IMG/VR virus record: IMGVR_UViG_3300025687_000022
Length of the DNA: 64,000 nt
Direction: 5' to 3' (one strand)
DNA from: a virus
The notes beneath the pieces are model-generated. The model was given only the letters and a program-made list of their open reading frames with translations. It had not been told where the DNA came from and made no database searches. The stretch's first letter is position 1. Every line of letters begins with the position of its first letter. Below, in pieces: positions 58,601 to 64,000 of the stretch. Position numbers and translations under genes: made by a program.

Positions 58601-58714
58601 TAAAGCACGAAGATTTCGATCTGATTCAACTGACTCAAAAGCTTCTTTTTGATCTGTTTTAGAAAGATAGTTTCTTGTCTTGTTTGACGAATCAAAAAGT
58701 TTTTTAATACTCAT
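49631..58714 (-). CDS. Giant virion/baseplate protein with LamG (ConA-like) domain(s), 3027 aa
   Basis: VTVEFWLK..HYAFVF..LYVDG..SGSLDEFRFWN..LYYKFNEG..DYSG; IYKAKGTEKAIR wedge-like motif. Confidence 0.75.
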   Translation of the reverse strand: MSIKKLFDSSNKTRNYLSKTDQKEAFESVESDRNLRALSTKQQEFIPQIDYSEPENFSRYGSAYLYYDSAIKQVHDYYPYDGSDAEITEYYNKLLDIEKYIFNNLYPRTNGLANFSADGWGSLSSTADGYGLPATLEYISFDGGPNKTSFTKLSEAFPTDKNSKFQFSNIYDDDLYTTAGLPSDYGVGTRESNLKSNFDNGVTVEFWLKKDAFSTSLTEKEVVLDIWNNNLSSSADYGRLTIELTGSSSGSPFLITAQAGTSGIYQQSIGASLTTASLGSYAHYAFVFYNSGTNLITKLYVDGVLNDENTTAGALSELNSKNMQGRIGALITSPSGSTASAGAGKLSGSLDEFRFWNATRSARDIARYWKSQVRGGANTDVSNTTLGLYYKFNEGIVGNTTTDSSVLDYSGRIGNGTWTGYGSNSRSTSSAMVLSTNATSEYLDPIIYSDHPDVASLKTDLLNKGSFHDRNNNSMFVNMMPSWVIEEAEEDTSDLRMVSHIVGAYLDKLTLQIQSIPSLKFLQHTSASAKPVPFAQHLPQSLGLYMPEIFVDSTVMEKFLNRSDDQFMESDLNDAKNLIYLNLYNSLAGIYKAKGTEKAIRNAFRCFNFDDRVIKFKTYSDREIYDLESNLQINLEPNSQVNFNDNNNLAGVVYQKADPTNAESLDYISGSYSTDKEARYGFTLEVKTTFPAFERIDETVNRNYTDVSLFGMALANTASASDTTWASTDPVNFQVYAIRDKQWSKGVYFKLTSSISPNPFPELTSSFFLGTYDNDDWSFAVRLKPSNYPYADLVSGSSGYTYDLEFSGINSVNGTIENTFTLTGSLSKTTGQDFLKSAKRIYAGARRTNITGALDTRSDVLISNVKYWTKYLEDSDLQHHAFDLNNGGISGSYKNLSALDSNLKQVDVKNANSLALHWTFSNITGSDSSGNFYYVTDNSSGSSEIRDNYGWIGAIGGYQHTGYGYGFATSSTDVVKNNLVNAMRLLEPETAISSNMIKVLSDSQNLFGVSEVRPKYFHTIEKSMYSAVSQEMLDFFAGVVDFHNVIGEPVQRYRGRYKKLEKLRENFFRKVSTVSNVEKFIEYYKWIDDALASVVAQLLPASSPVVEDAYNIIESHVLERNKYKTPLPIIKETVPEPKFPILGINKLLYNWKINHAPIGGSQDQNTLWWKERAQRDVNTTITSGDTTVNAQRETIRETIDIANDQSAPTLSTNGAVEYQGSVDVLRTRAKPYKLTMATRHVVKGGTNFNNNKDLGLTYAALYPAGPVNTDGGVFVPTNVLLAKAEDIGALPENSETGSAPSVKIKRNFKVQYGRQWEDGLGYYNLKSSRIFPFNVVKSDVTTGYNKQVVEKVTGNVEIVNLHNDVYGSDMERPMQGPFTDYAVGGHQSRHVKINQGSDDYTNRPEAWKLLLGTLNDPSCRSTADFTGAIGMVGADYPYPEANEVGETPYPMTASQKAVYYRDFTAKRPVNIRNINTTTGSTILGNYYKNYEVVSSVGGYANPRAFVDNPPTLPVEITQTPSASQARSILDIRRTDESHTEFVPDYAVNYLHSNANNKSIIRSRFSSPGGIESIGQGYGDIRANEYSAYNAINYRNLTVRRPFQNISGTVSETVGAGTTGIRVSDINSQDFGLIKNLATHAGRFGRHPDLVTNPGASYSQAPTLNKMNRNTLRVIKQDSSGAFISSSQFDNFFVQHQIPRADRQYAWITASLASQAHNGDIRYYGYAPTSGPQTGYYQYSSSSGLRYEAYFPFVSASDVLGASGTASLYQPTLDLNIYIAEPVDSASNNVMGYGTGTPSQNYYNTDLIDTIPGLLSDLNGNADFVNLTFSKRKYNFGYRRTPYTGPASHPVLRKHARENTLTIYDGASISRYSTKPFSSRNAPVYINMDANGSNITLKTTYNNENLYFSDKDLNQKVFAGKIQNKTLLFDQLLQLPQNNPNAYTLNWVMYSEALFPTRKLELTTASSTRVGYDNLYWRATQQERIDLHTSSVQTNSYGVLVTQSAWVLDAPSDFLTRTLSGISSIPTDGIFDALISSNSAGELQNEYLHAHYTTASLNTQTKIRNRAISALYSRKHLLGAPGSVVSPSGIPIPETGSIVKGSVSAQFNNYDRFAGEAFWDAPANAGIIQKSGSTNEFVSYPSEPWFDDYDSYKEELSLVSKGYAVVPEFRLSEHISDYRKFGLGRTKDTFEVVGTGIDSSQTNFYNDYSNAEFMEGFANISNKTGLAPKEIRLACSASIRLMPYKGFYPAQRSADLVEQFKNSYGKSIQAFNNSANIANGTDGGVRPLVQPLFAPGILYNTIKSGMAVDYPIGSTLTKLSKNHFGTVSSTDDTAQWMLTTITGSGPTDYQGGSVWQKRIPFEAIIRPEKHIAGLTFLDMEPHPSASLDATASFTVNEIDDLYTRMASNYFGEMANFFLKDSQYTRLQSDVVSNDLRFESGSIYGARLKLRRSVSGSRIYTSESGAAGNNSAYSTYGARFYDSGANTFVNRRTYPLPQDPRQLSADEFQESFTLYSRPSAFGPPIAGRPDLGEASGSYITASHPIDSLNGFNWSYTPPYYNGEAWLDIVFEPNAGESYDLEKILSEAKTKYWRCDPGPSASSVPSGPNITNWTGTQLIGTLSGNIAFSGSSATYGDLIYDGKNVNANAMQLSASIASFGVERIQKVRTDNFGNEVLSEDEYVGSRWVIQPKMETPMPNFNNKGVRPITDANSTFSVPTYASHSAPRGIWHQFGVVEPDETKGIFLEIGDIPSDWLRGHYDVIDNNSIYNKNDAAGNGNNMFQTMKPLTDVINFTEENVSVKLGQLAESKTIKEAIVAVPYQEESSGATKTFFEIDQARIEASLQSAIGSSEGDSLDYAGESIRRQVEAMQQYILPPQFDFLNNPDADPMVMYFFEFEYKFDKDDLNYIWQNLAPRNYKKITKTVSSTAHTLGDNELLTADDINNSNTRWMVFKVKQRSQAKYADLIPSQAGSSTPSSQTNAAKNETQKNKDDLSKDTYKLEYNWPYDYVSFVETIKISADVLYKEDDQG

Positions 58715-60221
58715 AGTCTTCTACTCTAAATTTAAATGTCTGTGGTTGTTCAATCCAAGATGATAATTCTGGATCATAGAAAGAGAACTTAAACGCATAA
58801 CCATACCCAGGCTCAAGAACTGACATATCAAAGTCGAAATAAGAACCTGAAATATCATAAGATAAAACAGTATGCGCGTCAGAACCAGTTCCGTATTCAA
58901 TAGCCTCATATGCGTCCAAAAGTCGATAAACTCTGTACGAAGCGCTTTGAATAATCGTGGAAGGAGGGTCTGTTCTTGACACAGTATAAATACTTGGACT
59001 CCAGTTTTTATTGCGAACATAAAGGTTGAAACGTGGAGCTTCTGAAGTATTGTATTTGCTCTTCAAGTTTGTGATATTTATGTAATAAGAAAGTTTTGTT
59101 GCTGTCTGGGAAGCATACTGAACTACTGGCTTGATTGTGCCTGTAAAATATTGTGTTGAGCCTGAATACCAAACATCAAATAAAGTTGTTATTGGTGTTG
59201 AAGCAGCAGTAATGCTGACAGAACAAGAGTAAATACCAGTCGAAACATACCCGCCAGTAGCAGGAGTGCTAACTGATTGATTCAAGGCGGAACCAGAAGG
59301 TCCGCTATTGTTAGCAGAACCAGAATAAAGATCAACGTAAATAGCACCCGTGCCAATATCTGGAATATTGCGTAGCCTACCGCGAACATAATTGTATAAA
59401 TATAATGTGTTTAAGTTGTCCTCTGCTGGTGCGAGAGAAGAACTGTAATAAAAGTTACCCCTATCATCACGAGTAGAAGAATCCCAACGAGCCTCAATAA
59501 TCGGTCTTTTAAAGAAATATTGAGAGCCGCGAGCAAAAAAACGTTTCGTATAATAAGATGTAGTAGCACCACCAGTATTATGAATAATACCACCATCGTC
59601 TAATCCTGTTGAACTTGAGTAATAAGCTTCTTGAGAAGAAGTTAAATGAACACCAACGCCATAGTTTTCTTGCGTTCCATCGATCCAGTTTTCAACTAGT
59701 GATGTAATATCAACTTCAAGATCTTCTAATCCAGTTTCAAAACTTTGAGAAAATAAATAACCTGAACCTGTTAGGTAATCTCCACCCACGTTAGTCCAAG
59801 CAGCAGTATTGGAAGCAGACATCCAATTGGAGCCCTCGTTTCCTTTGGTATCATCTTGGTAAGTTTCCAAATCTAATCCGACGCCTTCTTGCCAAGATTG
59901 AGAAACAGCCGAAACTAAAAGCGTAAAACTTTCTGGAACTGTTTTGGAGTGCTGCGCGTTATAAAGCTTAAGATAAAAAGACACAGAACCAGATGCCGGA
60001 ATCGTTCCTGCTGTCCTATCAGTTGAAATACTGGAAACAGGAAACTTAACTAAGATTCTAGAAAGTTCTTGCGAACCGCTTGCTTCCCTACCGTAAATTG
60101 AATAAACTTCCATTACGTCAGCATAGCCAGCGTTAGAGCCAGTAGCTCTTAACTTAAATCCTGGTTTAAAAGTATTTACTATCGTGTTATCGGCATCTGC
60201 TTTATATCTTTTAAAAGCCAT
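58704..60221 (-). CDS. Virion structural protein (DNRLRE-like N-terminal domain)
   Basis: ADNTI..SRILVKF..LKLY..VSQSWQEG..DLEVDITSLVENW..NYG pattern. Confidence 0.55.
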   Translation of the reverse strand: MAFKRYKADADNTIVNTFKPGFKLRATGSNAGYADVMEVYSIYGREASGSQELSRILVKFPVSSISTDRTAGTIPASGSVSFYLKLYNAQHSKTVPESFTLLVSAVSQSWQEGVGLDLETYQDDTKGNEGSNWMSASNTAAWTNVGGDYLTGSGYLFSQSFETGLEDLEVDITSLVENWIDGTQENYGVGVHLTSSQEAYYSSSTGLDDGGIIHNTGGATTSYYTKRFFARGSQYFFKRPIIEARWDSSTRDDRGNFYYSSSLAPAEDNLNTLYLYNYVRGRLRNIPDIGTGAIYVDLYSGSANNSGPSGSALNQSVSTPATGGYVSTGIYSCSVSITAASTPITTLFDVWYSGSTQYFTGTIKPVVQYASQTATKLSYYINITNLKSKYNTSEAPRFNLYVRNKNWSPSIYTVSRTDPPSTIIQSASYRVYRLLDAYEAIEYGTGSDAHTVLSYDISGSYFDFDMSVLEPGYGYAFKFSFYDPELSSWIEQPQTFKFRVEDYEY

Positions 60222-62017
60222 TATCTAACTTTTCCTTTGATATCAACTTCTGAAAATTTAATTTCTGCAACAGCATTCTTTGGAATTATTAGCTGTGTGC
60301 CGTCAGGCGATAGGTTTTTGTTGATGTTAAAATCGACATTTGAGTAATTTCCGCCTTTCTTATTAATTAGTTTAACAGAAGAAACATCAAGCACTCCTGA
60401 TACCTTATTTAGCTCATTATAAATATCAGCTATGTTAACAGGTTCTCCAATATAATACTGTGTTTTAAATTTATTTCTTAACTGTGTCACACAAGCTTCC
60501 AGTAAATCAAACTTATCAACATTAGCCTTTGGTTTAACAATAAAATCAATACCAAAGTTAATAATGTAAGTATCTAAAATGTCGATTGTATCTGAAAGCA
60601 TTCTATACTGGTTTAACCAAGTTTTTAAATTATTTTTAATTGTTATATTTGATGTCGTTAGTTTTCCAAAGCGGTCTTCCGAAATAACGTACATGTTTAA
60701 GTTTCTTTTTCTCGCACTTGGATCTCTTTGAACAGAGCAGCGTTTGATGGATCCAAACTTTGCTGGCATTCTATAAGCAAGATTCTCGTAGTCTGCTTGA
60801 GTTACCGCACGGTTCTGTGTTGGGAAAGTATCGTAAATTCTTCTTTTAATCTCTGATGTAGTTGCATTGGTGACATTACCAACGATTGGCTCTTCATTAC
60901 TAACTTCAATAGAGTTTCTAATTGTTGTTAAAACTGAAGAATCTAGGTTTTGTGGATTTGCAAACTCCAAGTTTGCAGAACTAACGGCATTCAAAGATCC
61001 AACAGCTATGTTTGAGTTAACGGGTTGAATGACTCTATAAGACACATTTAGCGTTGTATTGGTTGGCACTACACCAAAGCTATCATTTTCAGATAATCTT
61101 GAAGGATCGAACGTTGTACTTGATATATATTCTTTTCCAAACAAACTCATAGCAACATTTGATGGATCAGCAATAACATCAGTCTGCCCTTCTTTGCCGC
61201 TACCAAACTGTAAAATTGTTCTGTTGCGCAATCTTTCAACCACGAACTTGCGAGAAACAAGGAAAGGCTTAAGAATAGAAGGAACATTATCATTTCTGAA
61301 ATTATTGTTTGTTGCTTCTTTGAAAATCATGTCTTGAGACAAATAATCAACTTCATAGTATTCATTACCTTGCGAATCTCTTACAGAGATAATTTCTGCT
61401 ATGTTGTTATCGCCAATACTAACTGCTTTAAATCTCTCATACGCGCCGACTTCAACTTGTGTGCGACTAAAAAATCCAGAAACAACATTACCATAAGCTT
61501 TAATTGCATAATAAGTCGGAGCACCAGTTGTTGTATCCGTTCTCGCAACAACGATTGGGTTTTCTGGAGATCCAAAATCTACGTTCTCTGTGAGCACAAA
61601 GTTAATACCAGTATCTGAAGTAAAGCGCGAGCCTCGTTTTATTGTTGGAATGTAACTTGAATCTGGTCCGATACCTGTTGAGCTAGCTGGCACAAGCACA
61701 TAAATTGCCACCTTACCATATGTTGATGGTCTTCCAGTATATTTATAGCCAAGAGTGCGACCATGACGGATAACATTATCGTATTGGTAAGCGGTATCTA
61801 AAAATGCCTCGTTAACGTTATAATCAAGATAAAAAGACATCTGGTCACCGATGTAAGCAACAGCGTCCACCATCATCGCACCGAAAGAACCTTGACTGAA
61901 ATCTTGAAAGCTATCAGGATAAAGACGTTCTGCAATACCTAACAAGTCTCTTCTGATGCCTTCAAATTCTCTATTCGTATAATTGATAGGCACTATCTTT
62001 TTTTGTTCATCTGACAT
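60221..62017 (-). CDS. Baseplate wedge subunit (gp6-like)
   Basis: YTNREFEGIR..YLDYNVNEAFLDTA..LGYK; QNRAVTQADY. Confidence 0.9.
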   Translation of the reverse strand: MSDEQKKIVPINYTNREFEGIRRDLLGIAERLYPDSFQDFSQGSFGAMMVDAVAYIGDQMSFYLDYNVNEAFLDTAYQYDNVIRHGRTLGYKYTGRPSTYGKVAIYVLVPASSTGIGPDSSYIPTIKRGSRFTSDTGINFVLTENVDFGSPENPIVVARTDTTTGAPTYYAIKAYGNVVSGFFSRTQVEVGAYERFKAVSIGDNNIAEIISVRDSQGNEYYEVDYLSQDMIFKEATNNNFRNDNVPSILKPFLVSRKFVVERLRNRTILQFGSGKEGQTDVIADPSNVAMSLFGKEYISSTTFDPSRLSENDSFGVVPTNTTLNVSYRVIQPVNSNIAVGSLNAVSSANLEFANPQNLDSSVLTTIRNSIEVSNEEPIVGNVTNATTSEIKRRIYDTFPTQNRAVTQADYENLAYRMPAKFGSIKRCSVQRDPSARKRNLNMYVISEDRFGKLTTSNITIKNNLKTWLNQYRMLSDTIDILDTYIINFGIDFIVKPKANVDKFDLLEACVTQLRNKFKTQYYIGEPVNIADIYNELNKVSGVLDVSSVKLINKKGGNYSNVDFNINKNLSPDGTQLIIPKNAVAEIKFSEVDIKGKVR

Positions 62018-62029
62018 TTAAAGTCCTCT

Positions 62030-62407
62030 CTATAAACCAGAAATCGTAAATTCTAAAATATTACGTATGTTCAAGCCAGTATAACTATAACTAATTCTAA
62101 TTCCAAGTTGACCTTGATCGATATTAACTGTATTAAAACCAATATCATTTATGGTCAAACCTCTCATGTAAACGGAAGCTTGTTCTCTTATTTTACTATC
62201 GATTCTTGCATAAACAGTTTGATCGAAGTTTTCAAATAAAAACTGTCTCATTCCCACGCCATAATTAGGATCCATTACTCTTTCACCTGGGTTTGTAAGA
62301 AGCAACATTTTTAAATTTTGTTTTATAAGTTGATTGAAGTTCTTAATGTTGGCAAAGCCATCAGCAGAATTTCTAATAAGTGGCAAACTAGGAGCTAATC
62401 CAGACAT
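62030..62407 (-). CDS. Baseplate wedge protein gp25-like
   Basis: IKQNLKMLLLTNPGERVMDPNYGVG..LFE. Confidence 0.92.
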   Translation of the reverse strand: MSGLAPSLPLIRNSADGFANIKNFNQLIKQNLKMLLLTNPGERVMDPNYGVGMRQFLFENFDQTVYARIDSKIREQASVYMRGLTINDIGFNTVNIDQGQLGIRISYSYTGLNIRNILEFTISGL

Positions 62408-62451
62408 ATAATGTTTCCCTCATCAACTATAAATACAACCTCGTTTGCTTT

Positions 62452-63999
62452 TTAGTCGCAAAGATTTCCATTAGCATCAAATGGATTAGTTCTTAATTTA
62501 CGACGCTTCCACCACGGCAACAGTCTTTTGCCAGGAGCAGGGCGTAAAGCTTCTCTTAGTTTTTTAAACTCTATTTGTGCTGGCGAGCTTTGGTTTCCAA
62601 ACTCTGCGTTATCAAAGTCGCGAGAATTGTAATAATTTTTGAACAGCTTTTTGATTCTATAAGTTGAATTCTTAAGCAATTCTTGATCCCAATTATCCCA
62701 CTCAAGAACCCCTACCCCGCCAAACAACCCAGGGGCTCGATCTTTATAAGACGCCCATGCACCATCGGGAGCAGTTGCTTCGTATTCCGTTATATTTCCA
62801 AATATATCTTGAGTTTGTGTTGGCTCTCCAAATTTTTCAATTTCAATTCCATTAACTTCTGTCGTTGTTATTTGAACCCCCGGCTTTCCACCAAAATCAA
62901 AGTCTAATGATCGTTTAAATGTTTGACCTTTTTCAACGGTTACCTCGCCAATAGAAGGCAGCATTGCCACATCGTTGTAAATGGCAGCTATTGCCACAAG
63001 CTTATTGAAACCAAAAACATACTGACTAGCAAGAATATAATCTTTATCTTTCTTTAAATGGTTTATTAAACAAAGTAAATTTAAACTATCGCCAGTTAGA
63101 TTTTTGAAATCAGATAACGGAAGATCAAGTGCATCAATTTCAACAGAAGTTATTTCTCTGTAAATACCATTATAATACGTCCCAAAAGCTAAACCGTATC
63201 TAACTCCAAGCTTACCTTTGATACCAACAGCATTTCCACTTTCGTCCTCTATTAACCTCATGTCGCCAGGATAAACTTCGGAGATTAATAAATCAAGATT
63301 TTCATTTGAAGTTATTTCTGATGAAGCTTCTGTTGGGCTATACCTCTCTCCATTGATTGAAATATATTTTTGTAATGCGAAAGGCTGTGCCTGATCGTAA
63401 CTAAATCCGCTACCGTACTCTGGAACGTCACCAACTTTAACTTCTACAATATTCGCAAATGGAGTTAATATATCTTGTGATGCTTCTTCGTCATGATATT
63501 CCCCAGCCATGTAAATTGGAAGACCAGTCGTTGAATCGATGTGAACATGATAATAGCCAATATATTCTTGTCCAACTGTTCTAGTTCCTTCATTTGATTC
63601 TGAAACAGTTAGTTGTGCTCCGTTTGTGTAATAAGGCTCCTCAACTTCCTCGTTTTCTTCGTAAGGAATCGTTGGCAAGTCTCCATTAGTCGCGGAGTAA
63701 GTCCCATCAACATTTAATGATTCGTTAAGTGTTAGTGTCGAACCTTGACACATTTTTTCAAAAATATAATAATCTAAATCAAGGATGTCTGGCTCAAGAT
63801 TAATACGTTTTAAATTAACCATAAAGTTCTTGCCCATCTCATTTAATTGCTGGACAACGAAATCTGTTAATATTAGTTTTGCATCTTCTTCTGTGTCCCT
63901 AACAGCTTCAAGATTTTTCTTTTGTCTGTAATTTTTAAGGTTAGTTAAGCGGTTAATTTCACCAATCTCAACTGCTTCTTTTCTTTCTTCTTTGTAGGG
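62452..63999 (-). CDS. Large hypothetical protein, partial (frame open to right edge)
   Basis: No stop in frame between 63837 and 63999, so the ORF-track start is internal. Confidence 0.75.
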   Translation of the reverse strand, partial: PYKEERKEAVEIGEINRLTNLKNYRQKKNLEAVRDTEEDAKLILTDFVVQQLNEMGKNFMVNLKRINLEPDILDLDYYIFEKMCQGSTLTLNESLNVDGTYSATNGDLPTIPYEENEEVEEPYYTNGAQLTVSESNEGTRTVGQEYIGYYHVHIDSTTGLPIYMAGEYHDEEASQDILTPFANIVEVKVGDVPEYGSGFSYDQAQPFALQKYISINGERYSPTEASSEITSNENLDLLISEVYPGDMRLIEDESGNAVGIKGKLGVRYGLAFGTYYNGIYREITSVEIDALDLPLSDFKNLTGDSLNLLCLINHLKKDKDYILASQYVFGFNKLVAIAAIYNDVAMLPSIGEVTVEKGQTFKRSLDFDFGGKPGVQITTTEVNGIEIEKFGEPTQTQDIFGNITEYEATAPDGAWASYKDRAPGLFGGVGVLEWDNWDQELLKNSTYRIKKLFKNYYNSRDFDNAEFGNQSSPAQIEFKKLREALRPAPGKRLLPWWKRRKLRTNPFDANGNLCD

Positions 64000-64000
64000 A

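Noticed and set aside
203-62907. Plus-strand ORFs and short nested minus-strand ORFs in the track
   Set aside because: They are shadows of long, tightly tiled minus-strand genes and show no recognisable motifs.
1-64000. Alternative genetic code (stop codon reassignment)
   Set aside because: Core genes are full length in the standard code, and TAA, TAG and TGA all end genes at sensible positions.
1-64000. Bacterial eCIS/tailocin locus or integrated prophage
   Set aside because: A complete head and packaging module is present, and no host genes, integrase or att boundary are visible in the window.

Overview
The whole window is one minus-strand, almost fully coding block from a large contractile-tailed (jumbo-type) phage. 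In transcription order (right to left) it contains: baseplate genes (gp25-like, gp6-like, a 3027-aa LamG-containing protein, paralogous collar/wedge proteins); a RuvC-like resolvase, a small fatty-acid-hydroxylase-family gene, a primase and a fused SbcD-SbcC; a membrane/lysis-like cluster; a T4-like head module (terminase, portal, prohead protease, scaffold, major capsid) with a phage ribosomal protein bS21 inside it; then neck, sheath, tube, tail chaperone, tape measure, LysM and hub genes. The most interesting signals are: (1) nine otherwise unrelated proteins sharing one of two N-terminal leaders resembling T4 capsid-targeting/gp21-cleavage signals, suggesting a modular packaged-cargo system that includes a GC-rich, surface-variable LRR protein; (2) a probable programmed +1 frameshift in the tail chaperone; (3) a recurrent ACTAYTTA upstream motif; (4) bS21 in a genome using strong Shine-Dalgarno sites; (5) dense [ST]-[GAS]-S motifs in outer virion proteins. 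No tRNA, rRNA, CRISPR array or mobile element was seen. Family calls come from motif recognition and gene order, not database searches.
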